NCBI GenBank assembly: GCA_046758505.1
Contig: JBHIAH010000007.1
Span: forward strand, 1-64,000
DNA from: Candidatus Methylomirabilales bacterium
GTDB taxonomy: Bacteria > Methylomirabilota > Methylomirabilia > Methylomirabilales > CSP1-5
Length of the DNA stretch: 64,000 bases
Direction of reading: 5' to 3'
Under the pieces are notes generated by a model. That model had not been told where the DNA came from. It saw only the letters and a program-made list of their open reading frames with translations, and did no database searches. Positions 10,069 through 19,236 of the stretch are shown piece by piece; positions within the stretch are counted from its first letter, which is position 1; each line of letters starts with the position of its first letter. The position numbers and the translations under genes are program-made.

Positions 10069-11220
10069 CTAGTGATATCGCCTGAGGGAGCCGCCGATCA
10101 GAACGATCCCCAGCAGGGGTAAGAGTCCCGTCAGACCGAACATGCTCGGGTACCCGATCTGCTCCGCCACGACCCCCATGATAATCGGCCCGAGGCTCGT
10201 GCCCACGACAACGGCACCGCTGAAGAGGCCCAACACACGCCCGCGACCCCCGGACGGGACCAGGTCCACCAACAGGGCCGTAAGGGTGGGATAGAGCAGA
10301 CCGTGGGCGCCGCCGGCGAGTCCCCCGATCCAGAACAACGCCGTACGGGGGCCGGGCCAGAGGAGGAGGAAGATCCCGGTGGCCATGACGAGGAGGGCCG
10401 GGATCACCACCTGCCACCGCCCCCATGCATCCGACCACCGCCGGCCCAGAAACCGGATCCCGATCGCGGCGCCGGCATAGGCGATGTAGAAATCTCCCAC
10501 CCGCTCAACCCCGACCCCCCTCGCGAACGGGGGGAAGAAGGCAAAAAGGGTCCCCACGCACATCCCGAAGATCGCGGAGATGCCCAGGGGGAGCAGGACC
10601 CTGCTCCGGGTGATCCCATCCGCCGCGGTGGACGCGACGGGAAGGACCGGTGGAGGCTTGATGGCCCCGATCACCATGAGACACCCCACGGGAAACACCG
10701 AGGCCCAAAGGAAAAAGGCCTGATACCCGTACGCCTGAATGATGAGTTCTCCCAATGCGGGGGCCGCCCCGATCCCGGCGAGGCCGGAAATCCCGAAGAT
10801 CCCCACCGCCTCGGCCCGATTGCTGGGTGGGGCGATCTCGGCAATGAGGGTCAGATTCGCGATGAAGAAGGCGGAGTAGCCGAAGCCCTGCAGGAACCGG
10901 AGCAGGGAGAAGAGTGGGCTGAGTTGGCTCAAGAAGGCGAAGGCGACCGAGGCGACCAGCCCCGCCATCCCCCCCACGAACAGAAAGGGCTTGATCCCGA
11001 CCCGCTCAATCCACCTCCCCACTAAGGGCTGGCAGACGATGGCGGCCAGGCTGTACGCGCCCATGATCCAGCCGATGCGGGCCTCCGAGCCACCCAGATC
11101 TGACACGTACAGGGGAAGGAGATTGAACGCGTTGATATTGAAAAAAAAGAGGAAGTTGGCCGCGGCTGCCTGCCAGAAGTCTCGCCGAGAGATGCCGGGA
11201 GAGAGCAGGGATCGCCTCAC
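10069..11220 (-). CDS. MFS transporter
   Basis: About 12 hydrophobic segments, GRWIERVGIK and RWSDAWGRWQV motif A-like loops. Confidence 0.9.
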   Translation of the reverse strand: MRRSLLSPGISRRDFWQAAAANFLFFFNINAFNLLPLYVSDLGGSEARIGWIMGAYSLAAIVCQPLVGRWIERVGIKPFLFVGGMAGLVASVAFAFLSQLSPLFSLLRFLQGFGYSAFFIANLTLIAEIAPPSNRAEAVGIFGISGLAGIGAAPALGELIIQAYGYQAFFLWASVFPVGCLMVIGAIKPPPVLPVASTAADGITRSRVLLPLGISAIFGMCVGTLFAFFPPFARGVGVERVGDFYIAYAGAAIGIRFLGRRWSDAWGRWQVVIPALLVMATGIFLLLWPGPRTALFWIGGLAGGAHGLLYPTLTALLVDLVPSGGRGRVLGLFSGAVVVGTSLGPIIMGVVAEQIGYPSMFGLTGLLPLLGIVLIGGSLRRYH

Positions 11221-11239
11221 CGGCCCCCCTCGACAGGCA

Positions 11240-11821
11240 TCATCTGGATCTCACGGACCCGAGCAGGTGGGGGATGAGCTCTTTGAGCCGGCGGGCCAGG
11301 CGGGGCGGGGTGGCGTCTTTCCCCTTATTCAGATAGAGCGCAGGGGCACAGTCCTTGGTCATCCGGCGAAGCGCATCATCGGCCCGCACGGCGGAGACGA
11401 AGAGAATCGGGATCGGGGCGGGCCGGTCGAATCCCTTTTCCAGGGCCCGGAACGCCAGGGCGGTGACCGTCCCATCTATCGGTTTCATCACGATGTCCAG
11501 GACGACCACCGAAATTGGCTGCTGGTCCCGGAAACGCCGGACACACTCGGTCAAGAGCTGCGGACCACTCTCGCGGGTGATCACCTCCTTGGCCACCTGC
11601 TCCTGAACCAGCAGGTCGCCCAGCAGGCTGCGAAAGAGGAGCTCGTCGTCTGCGAGCACGATACACTCGAGCACTCGGTCTGGGCCGGTCTCGGCCGTCT
11701 CCAGGGTAAAGCCGCAGTAGGCGCACCGGACCTCCGTCTGCCCCTCTTCCTCGACCCGGTAGGTCGGGGCCTCCTCCCCACAGCTCATACAGTAGAGCAA
11801 CTTGGACTCGGCCCCGGTCAT
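11240..11821 (-). CDS. Zn-ribbon plus receiver-domain protein
   Basis: CMSC...CAYC followed by VLADD, VLDIVMKPIDG, ILFVSA, YLNK receiver motifs; ATG overlaps the thrB stop. Confidence 0.75.
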   Translation of the reverse strand: MTGAESKLLYCMSCGEEAPTYRVEEEGQTEVRCAYCGFTLETAETGPDRVLECIVLADDELLFRSLLGDLLVQEQVAKEVITRESGPQLLTECVRRFRDQQPISVVVLDIVMKPIDGTVTALAFRALEKGFDRPAPIPILFVSAVRADDALRRMTKDCAPALYLNKGKDATPPRLARRLKELIPHLLGSVRSR

Positions 11822-12729
11822 GAGAGGGACGCCCCCTCGCGCGCAACGGTCAGGACCTTCACCTCCGCCCGCATACCGCTCTTCTCCCACGCCGCCGCCA
11901 TCTCTCGCCCCACCGCCTCGGCCTCCCGATCAACCAGGGCCACCACGGTCGAGCCGGCCCCACTCAAAAAGGCCGCCAGGGCGCCGGCTCCCCGGGCCGC
12001 CGCGAGGACGTCTTCCATGCCCGGCAGCAACGTGGCCCGGTGGGGTTGGTGGAGCCGGTCCCGGGTGGCCTCATCGAGCAGGCGCAGGTCCCCTGCCACC
12101 ATGGCCCCCACCAGGATCGCCGCGCGCCCCACGTTGTGGACCGCATCGGCCAGGGGGACCTGCTGGGGAAGCGCAGCCCTCGCCTGTGCCGTGCTCAGCT
12201 CCATTTCCGGAATCACCGCCACCACCCTGATCGCCTCGGGGATGGGAATCTTCACGTACCGGATCTCGGCCCCGGACACACAGGTGGCGGTCAGTCCCCC
12301 GACCAGAGAGGGGGTGATGTTGTCCGGGTGCCCCTCCAGGGGAAGTGCGAGCCGCAGGACCTCCTGGGGCGAGAGGCTGTGCCCGCCGAGCCCGGCCGCC
12401 CCCAGAATCCCCCCGAGGCAGGCGGTGCCACTCGAGCCCAACCCCCGCTTCAACGGGATTGCATTCTTCAGATGGATCTTGAGGCCAGGTGGGGCGACGC
12501 CGAGATGGGCGAAGGCGGCCCGAGCCGCCCGCACCACCAAAGACTGCTCCCCATGCCTCACGAGCCGCTCCGCCCCCTCCCCCTCGACGGTCAGCTCGAC
12601 CCCGTGGCCGATCGCCTCCATCTCGATCGTGTTGTACAGGGCAAGGGCCAAGCCCAGGACGTCAAACCCCGAGCCGAGATTGGCCGTCGAGGCCGGGACG
12701 CGAACCCGTACGCGTCTTCCTGCTATCAT
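11818..12729 (-). CDS. thrB: Homoserine kinase
   Basis: VRVPASTANLGSGFDVLGLAL, IPLKRGLGSSG GHMP motif, EGHPDN, LSGAGST; real start MIAGRR at 12729. Confidence 0.95.
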   Translation of the reverse strand: MIAGRRVRVRVPASTANLGSGFDVLGLALALYNTIEMEAIGHGVELTVEGEGAERLVRHGEQSLVVRAARAAFAHLGVAPPGLKIHLKNAIPLKRGLGSSGTACLGGILGAAGLGGHSLSPQEVLRLALPLEGHPDNITPSLVGGLTATCVSGAEIRYVKIPIPEAIRVVAVIPEMELSTAQARAALPQQVPLADAVHNVGRAAILVGAMVAGDLRLLDEATRDRLHQPHRATLLPGMEDVLAAARGAGALAAFLSGAGSTVVALVDREAEAVGREMAAAWEKSGMRAEVKVLTVAREGASLS

Positions 12730-12792
12730 GGCGCCTCTCCTATCAGAGTTCCCGTCGAAAATCAATCCCCAATAACCTGCCCTCTTTTCTCC

Positions 12793-12821
12793 TTGACAAG
12801 CGGAAGGCCCAGCCTTAGGAT
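12793..12821 (+). promoter_or_regulatory. sigma70 promoter of the LacI operon
   Basis: TTGACA-N17-TAGGAT. Confidence 0.75.
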
Positions 12822-12823
12822 CA

Positions 12824-12850
12824 GGAAAACGTTTTCCAGAAAAGCTTTTC
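12824..12850. promoter_or_regulatory. Tandem LacI-type operators
   Basis: Perfect palindrome GGAAAACGTTTTCC (12824-12837) and variant GAAAAGCTTTTC (12839-12850) between the -10 box and the LacI ATG. Confidence 0.8.
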
Positions 12851-12852
12851 CA

Positions 12853-13872
12853 ATGCCCACCATCAAGGACGTTGCTAAACTCGCCGGTGTTTCTATCGCC
12901 ACTGTCTCCCGCGTCCTGAACACGGGCCAGCACCCCGTGCGGGAGAAAACGCGCCGGCGCGTCCTGGCCGCCATCGAGCGCCTCGGATACCGGCCGAACG
13001 CCCTGGCCCGCGGGCTCCTCAGCAAGCGAAGCGGGACGATAGGACTCCTCGTCCCCGACATCGCCAATCCGTACTACGCCGATATCGTCCGAGGGATCGA
13101 AGACACGGTGAGCCCCGAAGGCTACTCCGTCATCATCTGCAACACCGACCGGCAGCCGCACAAGGTGGAGCGGCACCTCGCCCTCCTGCAAGAGAAGCAG
13201 TGTGACGGGATCATCTTTGCCGGAGGCGGGAGGCGTGGCGGGCAGCGCCTCTCGACCCTGCCGGATCTCGGCATCAAGGTCGTCCTCATCGGTCGCCACG
13301 ACGTGGACCTGCCGGCGGTAGTCGTGGACAATCACGGGGGGGCTTACGGCGCCACGGCCCACCTCATCCTCCAGGGGCATCGCGGGATCGGTTTCGTCGG
13401 GGGACCACCCGAATCGACCACGACCCAGGATCGGCAGGCGGGATTCGAGGCTGCCCTCCGCGAGCGGGGTATCCCCCTCGACTACCGATATCTTCGATAT
13501 GGCGACCTGCGGCCCCACGGGGGATACCAGGCCATGCGCGAGCTGCTGGACCTCGCCGAGCGGCCGACGGCCGTCTTGATCGCCAACGACCTGATGGCCC
13601 TCGGAGCGATCAAGGCGATTCGAGAGGCCGGGCTCGATATCCCTCGGGATGTGGCCGTGGTCGGGTTCGACGACGTCCCCATCACCTCGTATGTGGATCC
13701 ACCGCTCAGTACCGTGGCCGTGCCCATGCACCAACTGGGACAAGAGGCCGCGCGGACGATGCTCGGGCTGCTCGGGGGTGACGGACACCCCCCGCCCAGG
13801 ACCCTGCCCACCAAGCTCGTGGTCCGGCGGTCATCCGGGCCGGACGGCGACAGAGCCAAGACGCACGGCTGA
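12853..13872 (+). CDS. LacI-family transcriptional regulator
   Basis: MPTIKDVAKLAGVSIATVSRVLN HTH, YRPNALAR hinge, VVGFDD, PPLSTV. Confidence 0.95.
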   Translation: MPTIKDVAKLAGVSIATVSRVLNTGQHPVREKTRRRVLAAIERLGYRPNALARGLLSKRSGTIGLLVPDIANPYYADIVRGIEDTVSPEGYSVIICNTDRQPHKVERHLALLQEKQCDGIIFAGGGRRGGQRLSTLPDLGIKVVLIGRHDVDLPAVVVDNHGGAYGATAHLILQGHRGIGFVGGPPESTTTQDRQAGFEAALRERGIPLDYRYLRYGDLRPHGGYQAMRELLDLAERPTAVLIANDLMALGAIKAIREAGLDIPRDVAVVGFDDVPITSYVDPPLSTVAVPMHQLGQEAARTMLGLLGGDGHPPPRTLPTKLVVRRSSGPDGDRAKTHG

Positions 13873-13893
13873 GCCAAGAAAAAGGAGACACCG

Positions 13894-14757
13894 ATGTCCA
13901 ACAAGCGACGGAACTTCCTCGACCTCTCGTACGTAGACGTGGCCGAATACCTGAAACAGAACGATACGGTGTTGATCCCCATCGGGAGCTGCGAGAAACA
14001 CGGGGCCCACGTTCCGCTCGGCACCGACAGCTTCATCACCATCCGCATGACGGAAATGGCCGCAGAACGGGCCGACGTGCTCTACGCCCCCCTCGTTCCC
14101 ATCGGCTACTCGCCCCACCATATGGGCGAGGTCGACCAGGGGACGGGAACGCTTACCTTCTCGGGGGAGACGTACAATCGCATCCTGTACGAGATCGCCC
14201 GGAGCCTCATCTTTCACGGCTTCAGCAAGCTCATCTACGTCTCGCACCACGGCTCCAACACCAAGCTGATCGACTCCTACCTGCGACGGGTGCGTTACGA
14301 GACCGGGGCCTTTCTGGCCTTCTACAAGACCCCTACCGAGCGGGAGCTGTCGGTGGTGGGGGACATCATCGAGGGGCCCCCGGAGGAGACACCCGGCTGG
14401 CACGCGGGCGAGATCGAGACCTCCATGATCATGGCCTACAACGAGGCGCTCGTGAACATGAAGCGCGCAAAGCAGGACCGGGCCCATGCGCCCCGGTGGA
14501 TGGGCGAGGCCTTTTCCAAGAAGGACGGAACCGGCACCGTCATCTTTCAGCAGGCCGAGAACATCTGGGTCCCCATGGAGCATCACGAATATTCCGACTG
14601 CGCCACCATCGGCAATCCGTTCCGCGGGACCAAGGCCAAAGGGGAGCAGCTCTTTGAGCGAGGGGCCCAGCACCTGGCGGCCTTCGTAAACGAGGTGAAG
14701 AAAATCAGTGTCAAGGTGACCCATCGCGACTTCCCCGAACGGGCCTGGTGGTCCTAG
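13894..14757 (+). CDS. Creatininase-family amidohydrolase
   Basis: PIGSCEKHGAHVPLGTD, GYSPHH, SHHGSN, HAGEIETS metal ligands. Confidence 0.9.
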   Translation: MSNKRRNFLDLSYVDVAEYLKQNDTVLIPIGSCEKHGAHVPLGTDSFITIRMTEMAAERADVLYAPLVPIGYSPHHMGEVDQGTGTLTFSGETYNRILYEIARSLIFHGFSKLIYVSHHGSNTKLIDSYLRRVRYETGAFLAFYKTPTERELSVVGDIIEGPPEETPGWHAGEIETSMIMAYNEALVNMKRAKQDRAHAPRWMGEAFSKKDGTGTVIFQQAENIWVPMEHHEYSDCATIGNPFRGTKAKGEQLFERGAQHLAAFVNEVKKISVKVTHRDFPERAWWS

Positions 14758-14815
14758 CCCATCTCGGGCGATGCGTTCGAGCTTGCCCGAGACCGCGAAC
14801 CCGCGAGCCGTCGGT

Positions 14816-16054
14816 ATGGCAAAGACCATCGCGATCCTGGCGACCCTCGATACCAAGGGGGCCGAAGCGGCCTTCCTGAAGGCACACTTTGCGCAGCGCG
14901 GCTTCCGCCCCCTGCTGCTCGACCTGGGGCTTTTGGATGAGCCAGCGGCGAGCCCCGACATCTCCCGGGATACAGTGGCAGAGGCGGCCAACGGAAGCGT
15001 CCCAGCGCTCCTGGCCTCGTCTCGGGACGAGGCGATGGAGCGGATGGGCACGGGGGCGGGGATCCTCCTCAAGGAGCTCTCCGATCAGGGAACGCTCCAT
15101 GGGGTGATCGGTCTCGGGGGGAACCAGGGGACCGCCATGGCCTGTCGGGCCATGCAGGCGCTCCCGCTGGGCCTTCCCAAAGTAATGGTCTCGACCGTCG
15201 CCTCCGGGAACATGCGGCCGTACATCGGGGCGAAGGACATCGCCACGTTCTTCGCCGTGGCAGACCTCTTCGGGGGGCCGAATCCCATCAGCCGGAGCAT
15301 CCTCACCCAGGCCGCCGCGGCGCTCAGCGGCATGCTCCTCTGGGGAGAACAGCTTCCGGCCCACGCCGGAACCCCCCTGGTTGCGATCACGGCGCTGGGG
15401 AACACCCACCCCGCGGTGGCCCGGTGCCTCGATCTCGTCGCGGCCGAGGGCTGGTGTGGGGTTACTTTCCACGCCTCGGGCGCCTCCGGGAGCGCCATGG
15501 AGGAATTGATCGAGGCGGGCACGATTGACGCCGTCCTGGATTTGACACCCCACGAACTAGTGGGAGAGGTGTTGGGCCACGACATCTACACGCCGGTCCG
15601 GTCCGGCCGCCTGACGGCCGCCGGCCGCCGCGGGATTCCCCAGGTGGTCTCGACGGGCGGACTGGAATATTACTGCCTCGGGCCAAAGGCAACCATCCCT
15701 CCCGAACTCCAGGATCGGGTCATCACCATGCACAATCCGGTGAACGCCAACGTCATGCTCACGGCAGACGAGATGAGCCGCCTCGGACGCGCCATGGCGG
15801 ACCGGCTCAACACGAGCACCGGGCCCGTGTCGTTGATGCTTCCACTGAAGGGGTGGTCGGAGTACGGCCGGGAGGAGGGTCCCCTGTGGAATCCCAAGGG
15901 GAGGGCGGCGCTCGCCGCCACTCTCAAGGCGTCCCTTCGCCCCCACGTCGCGCTGGTCGAACTGGATGTCCACATCAACGATCCCCCCTTTGCCGAGGCG
16001 TGCATCGCGCGCCTCGGCACGATGCTGAAGGGACCGGGCGTCCCTTCGCGCTGA
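14816..16054 (+). CDS. Tm-1-like ATP-binding domain protein (UPF0261)
   Basis: ILATLDTKGAE, GLGGNQGT, LPLGLPKVMVSTVASG, FHASGASG, HINDPPFA. Confidence 0.9.
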   Translation: MAKTIAILATLDTKGAEAAFLKAHFAQRGFRPLLLDLGLLDEPAASPDISRDTVAEAANGSVPALLASSRDEAMERMGTGAGILLKELSDQGTLHGVIGLGGNQGTAMACRAMQALPLGLPKVMVSTVASGNMRPYIGAKDIATFFAVADLFGGPNPISRSILTQAAAALSGMLLWGEQLPAHAGTPLVAITALGNTHPAVARCLDLVAAEGWCGVTFHASGASGSAMEELIEAGTIDAVLDLTPHELVGEVLGHDIYTPVRSGRLTAAGRRGIPQVVSTGGLEYYCLGPKATIPPELQDRVITMHNPVNANVMLTADEMSRLGRAMADRLNTSTGPVSLMLPLKGWSEYGREEGPLWNPKGRAALAATLKASLRPHVALVELDVHINDPPFAEACIARLGTMLKGPGVPSR

Positions 16055-16064
16055 GGGACAGCGC

Positions 16065-16706
16065 ATGGCCGATGTGAAAAGACTCAAAGAGGAGCTGTCT
16101 GAGATCGCCGTCCTGGCCTGGCAGCGACGGCTCGTGGCGGGAGCGGGGGGGAATGTCAGCCTGCGGATCCCAGCCAGTGACCTGTGCCTCGTCACGGCGA
16201 CGGGGGTGGCCCTCTGTGACGTGTCCCCGGCGGCCATCCTGACGATGCACCTGCAGGGAGAGATCGTGGACGCCCCCGCAGGCTGCCGCCCCTCCAAGGA
16301 GACCGGCTTTCACCTGGCCGCGTATCGGCTGCGGCCCGAGGTGGGGGCCATCGTCCACGTCCACCCCCCCCACGCGACCGCCTTCGCCGCCAAGAATCAC
16401 CCCCTCCCCCTGGTTACCGACGGGGCCGCCGCGCGCCTCAAGACCGTCCCCTGTCTCGGCTACGCCCCGTCCGGCTCACCAGCGCTCCACCGGCTCGTAG
16501 AGGACGGGCTGAAAAAATACCCCGAGGCCACCGCCTTTCTCCTCAAGAACCACGGTCTCATCGCGCTGGGACCCCACCCCAAGGGAGCCTTCTACATCGC
16601 GGATCTTGTGGAGGACACCGCCAAGATCGCGCTCTGGAGCCGCCTGGTCGACGAGCCTCCCTTTCCCATCGTCCCCGACGTGTGGGATGCAGGAGGTGAA
16701 GCATGA
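16065..16706 (+). CDS. Class II aldolase/adducin family protein
   Basis: GGNVSLR, PSKETGFH, VHVHPPHA, LLKNHG. Confidence 0.9.
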   Translation: MADVKRLKEELSEIAVLAWQRRLVAGAGGNVSLRIPASDLCLVTATGVALCDVSPAAILTMHLQGEIVDAPAGCRPSKETGFHLAAYRLRPEVGAIVHVHPPHATAFAAKNHPLPLVTDGAAARLKTVPCLGYAPSGSPALHRLVEDGLKKYPEATAFLLKNHGLIALGPHPKGAFYIADLVEDTAKIALWSRLVDEPPFPIVPDVWDAGGEA

Positions 16707-17770
16707 CCTCCCCAGAGACGATGAAGGCGATCATCCTCCCTGCCCCAGGCCGGATGGCGCTCAGCACGAAACCGGTCCCCCGGCCCGGCCCGGAAGAGGT
16801 GCTGGTCCAGGTCGCGGGGTGCGGGATCTGCGGAACCGACATCAAGATCCGGGATCACGGCCTCCCCGGCCAGCCCCCGTTTGGCTCCTTCACCCCGGGC
16901 CACGAATATGCCGGCACGGTGGCGGCGGTCGGGGAAACGGTGGACGAATTCGCCATCGGTGATCGCGTCGTCGTCGAGGCCCATAAGGGGTGCGGCCGGT
17001 GCGAAAACTGCCTCAGGGGGATGTATACCGCCTGCCTGAACTACGGCAACGTCGCCAAGGGGCACCAGTGCAACGGCATTACGACCGATGGGGGGCTGGC
17101 CGCGTACGCGGTCAACCATGTCAACACGCTCTACAAGATCCCCGAGAACGTCTCTTTTGACGAAGCGATCATTATCATGACGGCCGGAAGTCCCCTGTAC
17201 GGATTGGAGAATGCGGGCGGCTACATCGTAGGGGAGACGGTCGCGATCCTCGGCCCGGGACCCATCGGATTGATGGCGGTCCAGCTCTGTCGCGCCATGG
17301 GGGCGGCTCGGATCATTCTCACCGGGACACGGGAAGGACGTCTCACGCTCGGGAGGGAGCTTGGGGCGGATGTCACGGTGCATGTGGGGCAGGAGGACCC
17401 GGTGGCGGCGGTGCTCAAGGCGACTGGCGGTCGGGGGGCCGATCTCGTGATCGACTGCGCCGGCGGTGACGAGACTTTTGCCCAGTCGCTGCACATGGCA
17501 AAGCGGGGGGGAAAGGTACTGCTGGTCGCCTTTTACAAGGGGTCGGTAACGGCGGACATTTCCATTGCCGTCCGGAACAACGTCACTATCTACACCGAGC
17601 GCGGGGAAGGGGGCGGAAGCGTCGGCCGAGCCCTGGCCCTGCTAGCGACGGGCAAGATCGTCGCCAAGCCGCTCGTCACTCATGTGTTTCCGTTGGAAGA
17701 GGTCCACCGGGCGTACGAGGTCTTTGAAAAACGGATCGGGGATCCCATCAAGGTGGTTCTCCGCCCGTAA
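16703..17770 (+). CDS. Zn-dependent alcohol/polyol dehydrogenase (MDR family)
   Basis: GICGTD, GHE, CGRCENC...C structural Zn site, GPGPIG. Confidence 0.9.
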   Translation: MTSPETMKAIILPAPGRMALSTKPVPRPGPEEVLVQVAGCGICGTDIKIRDHGLPGQPPFGSFTPGHEYAGTVAAVGETVDEFAIGDRVVVEAHKGCGRCENCLRGMYTACLNYGNVAKGHQCNGITTDGGLAAYAVNHVNTLYKIPENVSFDEAIIIMTAGSPLYGLENAGGYIVGETVAILGPGPIGLMAVQLCRAMGAARIILTGTREGRLTLGRELGADVTVHVGQEDPVAAVLKATGGRGADLVIDCAGGDETFAQSLHMAKRGGKVLLVAFYKGSVTADISIAVRNNVTIYTERGEGGGSVGRALALLATGKIVAKPLVTHVFPLEEVHRAYEVFEKRIGDPIKVVLRP

Positions 17771-17790
17771 CACAAGAGGAGGGTAGAGCG

Positions 17791-18753
17791 ATGAAACGAT
17801 GGAGCTGGCTGACCCTGGCATTTTTCTCCCTGTCCCCCTTGGTGGTTCAGGCTGCCGAATACCCCACCAAACCCATCCACTTGATCATCCCCTTTAAAGC
17901 GGGGGGATCCGCGGATACCGAAGGGCGCGTGATCGCCAAGGCCGCCGAAAAGATCCTCGGCCAGCCGGTGGTCCCGGTCAACAAGCCCGGCGCCGGCGGC
18001 GGGATCGCCTATACCTTCGTGAAGAACGCCAAGCCGGACGGCTACACGGTGGCGTGGAACTCGACATCCGTCCTGACCTCCACCAATCTGGGCACGGCCC
18101 CCTTCCCCTACACCGCCCTCGATCACGTGGCCCGCGTCTCCATGCAGTCGATGCCCATAGCCGTCAAGGCGGACAGCCCGTGGAAGACCATACAAGAGTT
18201 TATCGCCTATGCGAAGAAGAACCCGGGCATGGTGCGCGTCGGCAACGCGAGCCCGGGCAGCGCAACCCACATCACCGCCGTGGCGGTGGCCGATGCGGTC
18301 GGCATCAAGGTGATTCACGTCCCCCTGGGGTCGGGACGGCGGATTCCCGCACTGCTCAGAGGTGAAGTGGAGGCAGTCTGTGTGCCTCTGCCCGAAGCGG
18401 CGAAACACGTGCAGGCAGGAACGGTTCGCCTGCTGGCGGTCCCGAGCGAGCGGCGCGATCCCCTCGCCCCCGATGTGCCCACGTTGAAGGAATTGGGCTA
18501 TCCGGCCGCGATCGAACTCTTTCGGGGGTTGAGCGTGCCCAAGGGAACACCCCCCGCCGTCATCCAGAAGCTTGCCGAGGCCTTCCGCCAGGCGGCACAC
18601 TCCGCACAGTTCAAGGCAATGGGCCAGAAGCGCGGGTACTCCGTAGCCTATCTCGGCCCCGACGAGTTCAGCACGCTTCTCGCGACCCAGAATGCCCTGA
18701 TCGCCAAGACGGTGAAGAAGGCCGGGATCAAGGCCAAGAAAAAAAAGAAGTAG
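17791..18753 (+). CDS. tctC: Tripartite tricarboxylate transporter substrate-binding protein
   Basis: Signal peptide, YPTKPIHLIIPFKAGGSAD, NKPGAGG, KPDGYT, PDVPTLKE. Confidence 0.9.
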   Translation: MKRWSWLTLAFFSLSPLVVQAAEYPTKPIHLIIPFKAGGSADTEGRVIAKAAEKILGQPVVPVNKPGAGGGIAYTFVKNAKPDGYTVAWNSTSVLTSTNLGTAPFPYTALDHVARVSMQSMPIAVKADSPWKTIQEFIAYAKKNPGMVRVGNASPGSATHITAVAVADAVGIKVIHVPLGSGRRIPALLRGEVEAVCVPLPEAAKHVQAGTVRLLAVPSERRDPLAPDVPTLKELGYPAAIELFRGLSVPKGTPPAVIQKLAEAFRQAAHSAQFKAMGQKRGYSVAYLGPDEFSTLLATQNALIAKTVKKAGIKAKKKKK

Positions 18754-18767
18754 CCCTGGTGAGGGGC

Positions 18768-19214
18768 ATGCGCAGCGATATCGTCATCGGGGGGGGCCTG
18801 CTCGCCTTTGCGGGGGCGTATGGGTATCTCACCTTGGAGCTTCCGGCTCAGCAGATGCCCCATACGCTCGGGCCCGACTTCGTCCCCACGCTCCTCACCG
18901 GCCTGCTCTTGCTGCTGGCGACCCTGCTCATCTTCATCCCGGGGCGCCCGCCCCCCGAGGGCGCCCGCCCACTCCCCCGAGGAGCGATCGGCCGGACCGT
19001 GTTCCTGGTTGCCCTGATGGCGGCATACACCGCCAGCATGGGGCTCGTCGGCTATTTCCTCACCACCCCCTTCTTCCTCGGGGGAACCATCTGGCTCGCT
19101 GGGGAGCGTCGTCCCACCCGGATGCTGTTCTGGGCCATCATCCTCTTTGCCGGGATCCACTTCCTCCTCCGGATTCTGTTCAGCGTTCCTCTCCCCCTGG
19201 GTCCCCTCGATTGA
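18768..19214 (+). CDS. tctB: Tripartite tricarboxylate transporter small membrane subunit
   Basis: 4-5 TM helices, LGPDFVP, C-terminal LFSVPLP; between tctC and tctA. Confidence 0.85.
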   Translation: MRSDIVIGGGLLAFAGAYGYLTLELPAQQMPHTLGPDFVPTLLTGLLLLLATLLIFIPGRPPPEGARPLPRGAIGRTVFLVALMAAYTASMGLVGYFLTTPFFLGGTIWLAGERRPTRMLFWAIILFAGIHFLLRILFSVPLPLGPLD

Positions 19215-19236
19215 TGTCCGGGGATCGGGCAGAGCC

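Noticed and set aside
11818..13872. 656-aa thrB and 610-aa LacI ORFs as fusion proteins
   Set aside because: The N-terminal extensions are antisense to each other; real starts are at 12729 and 12853 with a promoter and operators between them.
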